Shown here piece after piece: positions 13,081 through 24,900 of a stretch of 64,000 nucleotides of DNA (positions are counted from its first letter, which is position 1; the number at the start of each line of letters is the position of its first letter). Below the pieces are notes generated by a model. That model was not told the origin of the DNA, did no database searches, and saw nothing but the letters and a program-made list of their open reading frames with translations. The DNA is taken from NCBI GenBank assembly GCA_002633005.1, contig NMRA01000069.1, positions 220,203 to 284,202 on the forward strand, given 5' to 3'. The translations under genes were made by a program, and so were the position numbers. This stretch comes from Phoronis australis. Taxonomy: Eukaryota > Animalia > Phoronida.

Positions 13081-13943
13081 TGCTGCCACGGCTGCGGGTC
13101 ATGGATGTCGAGAACTATTTCATATTCGTTCTATTAAAATCTATTCAGAACCACCATTAACTGCTCCACTGGTCAAATTACGAATGCGAAATTGTTAAAC
13201 AAATGCTGTCTTAGTGAAGAGTTGAAAACTAAAGCATCAACTCCAACTCGCGTTTTCTCTTGCTTCACTCAGGCAAAACTTTCGCGTCGACTGCGTTATG
13301 AAGCCAGTATGCCCAGCAAGCCACCAAATATTATGTACATGTAGGTCTTATTCTTTAGAACCGATATAAACTGGCTTCTTTCAAAAGCACGTTCAGGGTT
13401 TAGCCCAATTTGGTCTCTGCTTGTTCTTTACGTATAATAACGATAATGTTAGCCTACATCCCATCAATAGTTTTCGCATTACATCCAGGTTCTCGTTTAT
13501 CCGCTTGCATACATTCACTAGTAAGACCAAGCTCAGAGGAATAGCGACACTTTTGTTGGCCAGTAGAGCCAGGATTTGAACCCGGTCTACCAAACGGGAG
13601 TATGAAGCATGGCTTTAAAAGACTAACCTAACAGTTAATATGCCGAAAGAGTAAAAACTCGATCATTCAAGAAGTGTCCAAACTCAAACTAATCGCCCCT
13701 AGAGGCTACAGTGGAGAAAGCGCACAAACATTTCGACTACTGCCAAGTCGAGTTGCCACTCTGGCCAAAATTGCACAGCAATCTTAGAAAACAATGTCCC
13801 GAGGTGTTATTTTTCAAATTCCCTAAGAATGGGGAAAGGTAAGACATTTATCCAAATTTGATTTGCCCGGCCCGAATCCATCCCCGGCATATTACGGGGC
13901 ACAAAACATTGGTATACATTCGAATCTGACTAGGCACCAACCT

Positions 13944-14145
13944 TATGTGGCGCAGCACTGACATAAGTGGGGGGGAATAGCCCCAGTCCCCTATGGTGGC
14001 GCATGGTCACATAGGCGGCGCAGCACTGAAATAAGTGGGAGGTATAGCCCCCAGTCCCCATGGTGCGCCACCTATGTGACCGTGGGCAGGGAATTACTGA
14101 AGTAAGTGGGGGCTATAGNCCCCCCCCCCCCCCAGCACTGCCATA
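13944..14145. repeat. Tandem array of ~3 copies of a short inverted-repeat element, ending at an N plus poly-C
   Basis: Repeated GGCGCAGCACTGA.ATAAGTGGG.G..ATAGCCCC; the central copy has TIR GGTCACATAGGCGGCGCA / TGCGCCACCTATGTGACC (14005-14081); same family as 2926-2996. Confidence 0.65.
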
Positions 14146-15594
14146 TTGTACCCTGAATTTTTTGTGTATTTTTCGCCATACAAATTACTTGCTTATTACT
14201 TTCCCTTACGTTTCCAATGACCCAAGCATGTGCAACATGCGGAAGTTGTATTTAACTGAACAAAAGATGATTAATACAATTAATGTGAGACTATGGTATT
14301 CCTATTGCCCTGACAACGAATGCAGTGCTTTGTTAATGTGTTTAAATAGGTAAGATATACGTAATTTCAAAATTTCATATCTGACTCTGTCGTACATCTT
14401 AGTATTCAGAATCAAATTTTATGGGGGAATTCTAGCCAGAGGAATTATTTTAAGCTCGACATAAGATACAACCTGCTTACACACTGTTTTAATTACATAT
14501 AATAGATTTGGACTCTGTAACAAGTTTTAAAAGCTTTTTAAAAAATAACAATCACCCGCTCTCACTGCTCCTGTTCGCTTTTAGTGTTTGAATCTACCAC
14601 TTTGTGGCGCTTCCAGTGGTGATCTTTCTTCCTGTAAAAACGTTTTGGACTACTTGGAAGTCCATTAGTATTTCCAGTTGAAACCAGGCTCAGCAAGTTG
14701 GCTCACCATGGCGGGTTAGCCTATTTTATGCTCTGAGCGTGGTCTCCTCCAATAACGAACTGTTACTTTCCATCAAACCCCAGACACGGCTGCTCCTCTG
14801 AATCTACTTGAGACTAGTTTTTATTACGGAAAGTGGTCTAAGTTGTTTCCTTGACGACCGACCACGGGTTTATAGCGGTCTAGTTAACCAATTTATTGCA
14901 ATCGAACTGTAGTATATATTTTCGGAAAAATAATATCCTATTTGTTAGCTCGCCTTTTAGTCATTGCTAATCTTTTTTAGGAGACGCCATCAGTTTGCAA
15001 AAAGCCTGACAACGTACATTTAATAACACGTGCCTATACGCCTTTGTACCGATTATGTAGTGCTCAAATTTGAGTGCTCTTTGCGACATGGCGCAATTTT
15101 ATTGTGACAGCGCAAAGTTGACAGAACACATGCGTCCCTCCGTCAAGGCAGCAAGTAAAAGAACTCCTAACCTTGTCCAGCTCCGAGCAACTAGAACACA
15201 AATCGTTTGCGGCTACCGCGTTCGGGTAAATGGCTAGTTACTCGGGAAGCACTCCATTATTTTTACAGCTGAAAACTGAGATGCCCATTTTTTTAGAGAG
15301 TCGGCACGATAAATAATACACAATTTATATAGTTTAAGGTGTTAGCGCGAATAACAAGAACCCGCACCATTGGTGGTGAACGTACGTGAAAGTCGCTCTT
15401 TCGTAAATGTTTTCGACGTAACATGATTCTTCTTTATTTTATAAACACAATAAAATGTACTGAATTTAAAGTGATAAAACAAGATTGCAAGCATCTATAG
15501 CCAAAAATTATTTGTCTTCATACACATGTTGGTCACATCGCGTGACCCATAGTAAGTCAGTGCGGTGAACCTTTCGGACTTAACTACATTGTGT

Positions 15595-15690
15595 ATAGGT
15601 CACGTGGTGTCACCAACATATGGCGCGTATGAAGACAAATAATTATTGCTTATCTGATATCAACGCGCTTACTTATAACAACACAATTAT
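15595..15690 (+). repeat. Dispersed repeat fragment, second copy at ~21711-21805
   Basis: ATAGGTCACGTGGTGTCACCAACATATGGCGCGTATGAAGAC...TATCAACGCGC..TTATAACAACACAATT aligns by eye with ATAGATCACGTGAAGTGACCACCATATGGCGTGCAAGAAGAC...TATCAACGCAC..TTATAACAGCACAATT. Confidence 0.6.
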
Positions 15691-16878
15691 GAACACTACA
15701 AAAAATTATTGGTTACAAGATGTGCAAAATGGTTCATTCCTTTTCAGACCATCAAGTCCGCCTTCTCTTAGGAAATCCGGCCATGATAACCCACGCATCT
15801 GCACGGCAAGTCCGATGTACACTCACACACCCACTGCACGTTTGAAGTACCTCTTGGGTTACAGTTACATCAAAAAGCCCAGGCGTTTCTTAGTATTCCG
15901 GTGATGTGGATTCCATTATGTTTTATTGTATCCGTCTGGTAACGAGGTACGTGCAGACGATAGATCGCTACCCTGCTATTGTAAAAGAAAGCTCTTCATG
16001 CACCGAGAGGTACGAACCGTCAGCATTTAGTTAAGGTCGTGTTTACTCGTTATTTTGATACTTTAAAAAACGAAGACACGACCGGCATCGTAAAAATCCC
16101 AATGAAGCACTTCTTTAAATAAAAGTATAATAAAATCGATGCAAATTGAAATATGTATGTCTTGTTTTGCCGGTGCCGAGGGAGCGGGGGGAGCACGGAA
16201 ATACACCAATCCGTTTTATACGGAGAAGATGGCGACGGCTACGCCCAATGTTGCCAGCGATCCTGGCGGCAATCCCCCATTTTGACGGTAGGTTCAGTGT
16301 TAGGCAGGCATATTAGGTGAACGGAGTCTGCACGTGTAGAATCAAATAAATTCTCATCATTATTGATACAGACGAGTTTGTAGATGGGTGAGTGAATAGC
16401 GGATTTGCAGCGACGCCATATTGAAATTAGTTAAAATGGTGCATTGTGGGTGCTGTGGTCAGGATTCCGAAAGCGGCCATAGTAACAAGCATAATACGCG
16501 GTATGAGCGCGAAGAAAACTTACGGCGGATACACTTGTTGTGTNAGACATTCTTGGTAGCTTAGTTTGGTAATGAGTCCAACGGTGAAATTTATTTTAAT
16601 GTTTACGAGTTGTTGTAATATCACGTATGAAACAAGTTGCGCCAAAATATTTCTGCACGTGCAACCGTAATTACCATGCTTTCAATAAAAATTCATTTCG
16701 TAATATAATGATACGCGCACCCCTATTTCTCATAATGATTGTGCATGCAACAACGTTTTTAAGGTTTTCAGATAAATTCATGTGATGCAAATGATTTTCT
16801 AACCATTATCGACGCTTTTTAAAGGATGTTACAAATGCGCAAGGCTTGTTGACGCGCATCCTCGTTTTTGATACTTGC

Positions 16879-17301
16879 CTTTCATGAGATGGTCGTAAAG
16901 CCTATGCTCGTCAAACCTCGTGTCCAAGCTTTCATTAACTTCGGCTTTCGACTCAGTCAAATGTCCAGCACCTGACGTAGAAAAATTAACACTTATTTGA
17001 CCTTCCGGTTGCACTGTGTTGGTTGGTGAAATGGAAGACGTGTGATCACGTGACAGGCTGAGCAGCCGATTTGAGCTTGTCTCTTCCCCACTACCCCCTA
17101 CCGTAACAGCAGGTCGACTGCTCATGCCTGACGTTGTTTTTGATACTGCATTCGATGTAGAAATAAATGCTGGCGTTGCAGGTAGCGAAATATCTGTAGG
17201 TTTTGCGAACGTGTAGTCACTGGTTACTTTTGATATGAGTTTGTCCGCTTTGTGTTGTGATTTCTCGCCACTTGGCGCTTTGGAAGATTGGCCAATTCCA
17301 T
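16879..17301 (-). CDS. Ser/Thr/Pro-rich stalk exon ending in the nAChR N-terminal helix
   Basis: Acceptor tctttcag|AT at 17302/17301; 423 nt, open throughout (DGIGQSSKAPSG...MSSRPAVTVGGSGEETSS...LDTRFDEHRLYDHLMK); probable GC donor AAAG|GCAAGT at 16879/16878; phase 1-1. DEHRLYDHLM resembles the (D/E)xRLxxxL first helix of Cys-loop receptors. Confidence 0.8.
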
Positions 17302-17733
17302 CTGAAAGACAGAAAAGTCATAAAATGGACAATAAATTCTTGTTTCAGTTTTTCTAACCTTGTAAGTCACAATTTGGAAAAACAGCACTTTTTCATTAGC
17401 TGACAGATGGTGTTATTTGGATACTCTGCAATATTTTGTTTTCAATCTCATGTATCCCTTCTGGTTTACGTGTACCACGGTGCTTCAGCATTAAGAAAGT
17501 GGGTTTCAACATCTGTCCTTAGTTTCAAACAATGAGACTATGAAATTTTAAGACTTTGAACGATACCCCTTGGCTATGGACAGTTCACACGAGACTCTTA
17601 AAGCAGCGTGCTTCCTTTCCACCTCAATCATCAAATCGGCTAATGTTAAATGTTTGTGCAATGATGGCGTAGATTGTTACATTATGTTGGAATATAAATA
17701 AGTAAAAGTTGAGAATATGGATCATAAACATTT

Positions 17734-17956
17734 GTCTGGTCTGCACGCCACCTGTTACGTATTCATATGCACTCACGAGTTGATGGGGGGATGCACACTG
17801 CTAAGTCTCATTGGATGTCTGTGTTTGATCGGTGGTCCCGATGGCTCGGTGTTTAGAGAAGGTCCTGGGTTCGAGTCCTGGGCGGGACAGAAGTCTTTTC
17901 AGATTGGTGATCATCAGGTCAGGTGATGTGGCCAACAGGTGGCGTGCAGAACAGAC
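17734..17956. mobile_element. TIR element enclosing a tRNA-like A-box/B-box segment
   Basis: 23-bp TIR GTCTGGTCTGCACGCCACCTGTT / AACAGGTGGCGTGCAGAACAGAC (one mismatch); internal TGGCTCGGTGTTTAGAG and GGTTCGAGTCC. Confidence 0.6.
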
Positions 17957-18601
17957 TTAAAAATGTTTGTGGTTATTTTGAAATAAAAAATAACCTGCGA
18001 TTGAATAAAGGCGGGCAGACTTTGGAAGAATTTACCCACGTTTTCGTTAAATGAACCGCTCTTTTGCCAACGGGAACAAAGTTTACTAGTGATTTCCCAG
18101 GCCCATATTGTAGGGGTAAGTGGCTTAGTTTGGATTTTTTCGGACAATTGACCATCTTAGTTTACATGCACAATCAATAAGTGTTTTTCATCCATAAACG
18201 TGGAGGAGGACACGCCAACGTCACTTGTACTCTAAACTCAAATGGCTGCATATTCTCGAGTACAGAGACGTAAACCACAGTACATGTATGTTAAAACACA
18301 AATATTATTCTATATTTCAACTCGATAATAACGATCCCTGTTTCGAAGTATCAAATGCTTTAAGCAAATCTACAAAAAAATCTGTTCCATAGTGCTACAA
18401 TTTCAGATTCAACCTGAATGTTATCCTTTGTTCTATTTGATTGTAAGTGCTGCTTAAGTTGAATGGTGTAACTTTTCGTCAGCTATTTCTACAAAACCGT
18501 AAGGGTAGGCTTTCAATACTGAGAAAAATTATTCACAAGCGAGTTTACAGTTAATGTCAGCCATAATTAGATCTTAGTAGTCAGAGGCTATACTCCAATA
18601 C

Positions 18602-18844
18602 CTTGACATAACGGGATGTCGCAAAACTGCCACCTTATGTTAGGATTGGTTGTGTAGCACCACGGTCTTTTCATTCCGTCGGGATTTCGACAGAAATTTT
18701 CGTGCAACTTCGCGTCTCCATGAAAATCACGTGTATGAGTGTGAGGTTTCTGGGAAAGCCACTGCTGACAAGGTATCCCCTTTTCTGTCATGTTTTCAGT
18801 TCCAGAATAATTTAAACCCTTGTTGTTTCTGCATCCGTTGTCTT
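18602..18844 (-). CDS. Kringle domain exon 3 (K3)
   Basis: Acceptor cattgcag|AA, donor CAAG|GTATTG; 243 nt, phase 1-1; CRNNKGLNYSGTENMTEKGIPCQQWLSQKPH...HENFCRNPDGMKRPWCYTTNPNIRWQFCDIPLC, six Cys and NFCRNPD/PWCYT kringle signatures. Confidence 0.95.
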
Positions 18845-19754
18845 CTGCAATGTGAATTATAATGAAAGGTCCCTGATGTCGTCTCTTGTAAAATTTCTGG
18901 GCTGTGGACTGTAAAAATATTGTTTGTTTTTGTTTCATATTAAAGTCAAAGCGTAGAAAGAAAACTTAGCAAACTGGCTAATCTGAAAGATAGAGAAACA
19001 TGCTATTAAAGTCGTGTAGGACGCTAGAGAAATGTCGAAATTTGTCAGTCTTTGTAATATCATATCTCAGAAATGGGTAATCGAAATCACATGCTTTTAT
19101 GCACTGTTTTCCGAAACATTTTGCCGGGCTCGTTTTGGAATGTACCGTTTTCAGTTGTATGAAGGGCTCCGGCCTGGATTACGTTTATTATTTTTGTGAA
19201 AAAAATCAAAAGTAAAACGAAAATGCAATGATAATTTAGAAAACTGCGACAGCGTTTTTATGAGATTTCGTCTTGAACTTTTATATTGAACAAAAGTTGG
19301 TAATCTTATTGATCTCGTAAATTTGCAAATGATGTACCTTTCTTTTAGGCTAAATTTTATCAAAAAGACAAAGTCACGTGACGCAATTTCAGTGGCAGAT
19401 TGGTAAAAAGTAAATAGGTCAAATTCTTCAGTCTTCCAACTTTCAGAAAACTTACACTTAACTGAGTCAATATCGATAGCTGTGTATATATTTGTATGAA
19501 TACACAGCTTTGTCGATATGGTCCCACACAACCTTAAATACGGAAATAAAATAATACTGACAAGGCTGAGAAGAAAGCATAATTAGAATGTTCTGAAATA
19601 CAATGAAATACAATACAGCATGTGGAGGAGGAGACATTACAAGCAGGTAAGCCGAGGGCAGACACAGTTAAGGAAATCATACGCTAGATATCACCTTTGT
19701 AGTGAACCACTGACGCAGTCTCCGGCCCGTCAGTGTTTTCCACAACATAAATAC

Positions 19755-20003
19755 CTTTTGCAGGTGTGCATAATGGGATATCGCAAAACTGCCATCTAGT
19801 GTCAGCTTTTGTAGTATAGCACCAGGGACGTGGAGAACTGTCCGGATTGCGGCAGAAGTTTTCGTGAACGTCTCCGTCGTCCCGAAAGTAACGGTGGGAG
19901 TGTGGGCTTTGCGCACGCCACCTTTGACACGAGACTCCCTGCTCCGTCACGTTGGTTGCTCCTGAGTAGTTGGCACCGTTATGTATTCTACAATTGATGC
20001 TCT
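19755..20003 (-). CDS. Kringle domain exon 2 (K2)
   Basis: Acceptor cattccag|AG, donor AAAG|GTATTT; 249 nt, phase 1-1; CRIHNGANYSGATNVTEQGVSCQRWRAQSPH...HENFCRNPDSSPRPWCYTTKADTRWQFCDIPLC. Confidence 0.95.
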
Positions 20004-20628
20004 CTGGAATGCACATTTATCGCGTAGTGAAAAGCGCAAGCTTTTCGGAGTTGACTAGATAAGAATAGAGCTCAAAAAAAACACAAAACGAAGCAAAGGA
20101 AGACAAAACTTATAATACATGCTATCAAGAAGCAACTATCACGCAAGATATGGTAAACACAAGCAGAGAACTGTGCATGCAACGAATGAAATGAAGTTAA
20201 TAAGCTTAATCAAAGATAAACAAAGACACAGCGTCAATAAGAATGAAATAGATTTCTAAAATATGTTTTGTATTCTATCCGTTGCATTGATGAATGGAAA
20301 TGTTGCTAGTAATTTTAGATATGTAAACGTATAAACCGAATTTTCACATGCGCAGAAACCTGTTCGGTTTCACTTTTTGTATTTTGGAACATTAAATGCC
20401 TCAAACGACGCATGTTCAACTTTTTTGGTTGGAAATAAGATCAAAATATCATTGGTTTCTATGCTTTGGGAGTCTTTGGTCTGATTTTTTATGGTTGGTA
20501 GAGGATTTCTCAAGTTTCTAACCATAAAAATTACAAATGTGACAATAGAATTGCTTATACCAGGAGTAACTTGTTAAATAAAATCGATTATGTTTCAGTG
20601 AACTTTCGTCTTCACCGTATTTGTGTAC

Positions 20629-20868
20629 CTGTACAAAGTGGTATATCACAGAACTGCCATCTAGTGTCAGTTTTCATTGTATAGCACCAAGGTCTAACTG
20701 CGCCGTCCGGATTGCGACAGAAGTTTTCGTGTAGCCACCCGCTCTCAGGGTAATATCGATGAGTGTGAGGATATTGGGAGCGCCACTGTTGACACGGGGT
20801 TCCCGATTCAGCCGTGCTAGTACTACCGAAATAGTCTAGTCCCCTGCCCTTTCTACAGTCTGTCTGTT
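20629..20868 (-). CDS. Kringle domain exon 1 (K1; not in the ORF track)
   Basis: Acceptor ccgttccag|AA, donor ACAG|GTACAC; 240 nt, phase 1-1; QTDCRKGRGLDYFGSTSTAESGTPCQQWRSQYPHTHRYYPESGWLHENFCRNPDGAVRPWCYTMKTDTRWQFCDIPLCT. Confidence 0.93.
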
Positions 20869-21409
20869 CTGGAACGGAACACCTACTCTCAATTTCAAGT
20901 CGCTTAGTTTATTCATGACCAGTGCACTTGGGAGAAAAACATTTACTGATTCTTCTGCTATCACGATAAAAAATTCTGTCGAAGATCTCTGATGGGGTGG
21001 TTTCTCTTGGAGTCGTTATGCATGCCTGGGATGGGGTTCATATTTTGAAAATATTGGCAAGAGGTTGATAATGTCTTGCAATTATTTATGCTCAAAAAGA
21101 AGCGCTGAACAACCCACGGTAGTTGCAGCTCAAAACCTTTTTATAACCATAACGCTTTTGCTGAACCAATGTTGGCTTGTGTTGCTTGTTTGCATTTTGT
21201 CTTGTAGCAATATCACGTTGCCTTGTAACTTCATGTCTTTAAACGTCTACAAGCAAATCTGATCGTGAACTAATAACATTACGGGAAAGATATCGAACAT
21301 AGCCGGCCGGCTCAGTTGGTTTTGACATGTAATTAATTGTATCATCACGCAACTCCTTTGAATAGACACTATCTATGTTGGCAATTCTAATTTTGTCATT
21401 GACACTCAC

Positions 21410-21424
21410 CAATTCTCAGGATGT
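21410..21424 (-). CDS. Candidate 15-nt micro-exon (phase 1-1, (D)ILRI)
   Basis: ataatttaacag|ACATCCTGAGAATTG|GTGAGT: AG acceptor, consensus donor, frame-preserving. Splice-signal evidence only. Confidence 0.3.
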
Positions 21425-21872
21425 CTGTTAAATTATAATCAATAACCTGTGATATTTACTATACTGTAGATCTACTCCATTTATTCACGGAACCGTAGTT
21501 GTTCTACTGAGCACGACATTTCAAGTGCGCTTAAGTTGTCCCATCGATTGCTAGTGAATTAGTAATAAAATTGATTGCATACAAATTGAGGCTAAGTATG
21601 ACGAGTGCCGACCGTACCTGGCCCCGTGCATCCTGTGTGGGTAATAAATACCATATTTTAACCTAATGATTTTATCTCCAGTTTGGACAAAGATCTTTTC
21701 AGACCTTACTATAGATCACGTGAAGTGACCACCATATGGCGTGCAAGAAGACTTATAAATCTCAATTGCTCTATATCAACGCACTGATTTATAACAGCAC
21801 AATTTCATGCTTGTATATGCACTCCTAAGTTTGGGTAATATCCCCGTGGTTGGATCCCTGTAATCGACCACA

Positions 21873-21932
21873 GGTTCCAATAGCTCAGTGGACTAGAGCG
21901 TCTGCTGTGTAAGCAGAAAGTCCCGGGTTCCA
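21873..21932 (+). repeat. tRNA-derived (SINE-head/pseudo-tRNA) segment
   Basis: A-box TAGCTCAGTGGACTAGAGCG, 5-bp stem TCTGC / loop TGTGTAA / GCAGA, then CCGGGTTC truncated before a complete T-arm and acceptor stem. Similar degenerate A/B-box segments at ~13565-13610 (-) and ~36860-36925 (+). Confidence 0.55.
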
Positions 21933-24900
21933 GCAAAAGATCTTTGCAGATTTAAAAGGGTACTAAATCCTGTTTTGAGGATATCAACAAATCCTCGTTC
22001 TACGGACACCTCCTAATGCACCACTGGCGTCCCACTTTAGTCACAGGTTCCAAATAAAAACTCATACTCTCTTTGTCACAGATAAGATATTTTGGTTCTT
22101 GGTTGGTGACCTTTCCCTGCAGTTGTCGCGCAACTCGCCTAACTCGTAGGTCACGATTGCCCGTTTAGCAGACTTTGCGAAGAATTTTCAAATTTTACTC
22201 AAAAATTTGAAGGTTGTCGAGGTTTGCAGAACATTATTTTGTTTCATTAAGAGTTAGATGGGAACGTCGTTTTAAATATCTGTTAATAGGCCAAATCCGG
22301 GTTTGGTACCCTTTTAACTACAGGACATCTCGTTCAGACCGACAGCGCGTTCAACCTGATAATACAGTTAAGTTCTTGACTGCATTGACGTCCTTATTTG
22401 AAATAGTCAAGGGAGTTGACGCGCCCGATAGGTGTCGTTACTTTACATCACCTAGAGAGCATTGCAAAGGATGATGTTACTTTCGCGTTTGAAAAAGGCT
22501 GTTACGAATACATAAAACGCTGTTTGTTTGTTATTTGTTTTTAATGTGAACATAATGCACTGTCCTCACTAATCTACGAAAAGAGTTGTACAGTCTGTAA
22601 GACAAATTTTGAACCATTTAACGCATCAACAACATAAACGTAGAGGCTGAGTCACAGGAATGACATCAACAGCGTGAAAAGTTGTGGTGCGATTTGGAAA
22701 GAGACCAGCCTTCGTTGCTTCGTCACTTAATCATGAGCCCGCATAGATTGGAGTTGTCTAGTATCAAAGTACTATTCTACTTGTGTTATGAAACGGGCCT
22801 CGCGCACCACATATGCCAATAATCACATTGATCAATTAATATTTCAGTCCAGTCATGTCGTTTAAATAATTATATTTTGTTACAGTCAGTATCTATTGAA
22901 AGCCGTAAGTGTGTTCAAGCGATACACATTTTGCATAATGTCGATCGATCCCACTTAGTTCGTTAACTGTTTTCCCTACCAGAGGGGGTTCTTATTGGCT
23001 CAGACTTTAGTGAAGTAGGCGGGTGTGCACTAGAGACCATTTATCAGTAATTAAAACCTCCGAAATAAGAGGTGCAGTAAAAAAATAAATGAACACAAAT
23101 ATTGGTAAAATGACCGTAATGTTCATTTGCTTAAGACACAATTAATTAGGGCTGCAACGAAGTCACCGAGAACTGCACTCCAGAGCTGTCGGTTCATTTC
23201 CCATCCACAAATCTGTATTTTCGGTTCGCTTCTAATAACACCACCTAACGGCAAGTAAACTAACTAAACTGAAACTGTGCTCGATTAACAGAAAAATACA
23301 AATTTAGGTCGTCATCTAAAACGATTGAATTAATCGTTATAAATAACCACCACATGCGCTGTTTTCATTGAGTAAAACCTACACTACAATACTTTTTAAA
23401 CATCTCACGTGACTTCTGACCATGGTATACGTTCCATTTTAAGTTAATGATGTCCGTAATTAGTTTTGGGTAATAAAATATGAGGTGATAAAAACACCAC
23501 AAAGGCGTAGAAGTATGTGTATTTTCTAGTACAACATACCGGTATTTCGATGCAGTTAATCAAAGTATAGTAATTGCTAAATGTTAAAGTTAGCTGGTGC
23601 TGTCACGTCTCTTGAACATGAGTCTAGTTTTGAGGATACTGGCGTTTTAAAGAGGGGATTTAGTAGGCGATGAATGTCGTTTGAGAGTAATTGCCAAAAA
23701 TTCGAGATACACTTCCCTGAGAATTGGAAGTTACAGTACATAGTTCTTCCCGAAGTCGTCCGTAGATTAGGTTTATTTAGAAATACTGGTTAAGAGTAAA
23801 AATGGCAAGTTTAGCAAAATAGTTGTCACGTGACAATGCGCAAATGCGCTACGCTTTAAAACATGAATTAATATTTTTCAATCATCGAAGATTCAGCGAA
23901 CACATTATTTTAGAAGTTGAAATTTGACAATTTTACAGTTATTCGATAAAACCTGAAAGGGCTAATGCTACTACAGTCGCCGGCGAACGTCAAAAGACAA
24001 TATCTCATCAACTCTGAATCAGGCAAATCAATGAACCAAAACATCCACGAATGGACAAGGCATATTTACACATGGCTAACCTTTCATAAAAATCGACACA
24101 GAGTTTAAATCAAAGCTTCTGTTCCGGAAAGGGAGCTGAAACTGACAATAATGCGGTGTATTGCATATCGTAATATCGATCTTCGAATGTATACAGTTGA
24201 AAATGTCATTGACTTTAACAAACAAACATGACATTAATTTAATGTCTTAAAAATAACGAAGAAGTGGACCGAACAAATGTTCCATTGAAGTTTCGTATAC
24301 AGTGTTTTAGCATTTTACAAAGGACCGCCCTTGGACCGTCGTGAGGTACATATAATGTTGTTTATTAAGATAATCGTCCTTTTATTAGTTTTACATTGAT
24401 GACATTCCGGGCACAATTTTCATGACGGCCACTAGTCGGTACGAAGTTTGTAAAATTTTAATCACGTACGCACATGCTACATTTAATAGAACAAGTGTTT
24501 ATACATACGAATACCATTCGGAACACCTGCGGTATTTTTGTCGCCTCATAATTCCCTCCCCTCGGAGATGAACGTTATCATGTGAGGACTTCAGTCCTGC
24601 GACCAGTCACGTGACTTTTAAACAGAAGAATTATCGGAAGGAAGCTGGCACATAAGCAGATAACGTTAACCGGGGAGGAGAAAGTTGAGGCTATGAAAAT
24701 ATCATAGGTGTTTCAGATGCTACGAGTGCGAGCGAAGTCAATACTTTAAGACACGGAAATTGCCGAATATTTATACATATGCATTTTACCAAGCGGCCGC
24801 GCCGCAGGTCTACTGGTGCATTTGTTCAACACATGTTGTAGAGATAGCAAGTAAGTGTGCTTGAAAAAGCAGCGCTCAATCGACGGAGTACATAATGAAT

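Noticed and set aside
13393-13593. ORF with NKSVAIPLSLVLL as the missing RPV/beta1 exon
   Set aside because: No RPV, QIxD or DExNQ motif, no fitting splice sites, and its 5' part overlaps a tRNA-like B-box (GGTTCAAATCC on the minus strand).
18588-20868. Kringle exons as a separate plasminogen/HGF/apolipoprotein(a)-like gene
   Set aside because: No protease, PAN or kinase exon follows; K3 splices in frame to an exon that ends in the nAChR N-terminal helix.
21873-21932. Functional tRNA-Thr(TGT)
   Set aside because: Position 33 is G rather than U, and the T-arm and 3' acceptor strand are missing.
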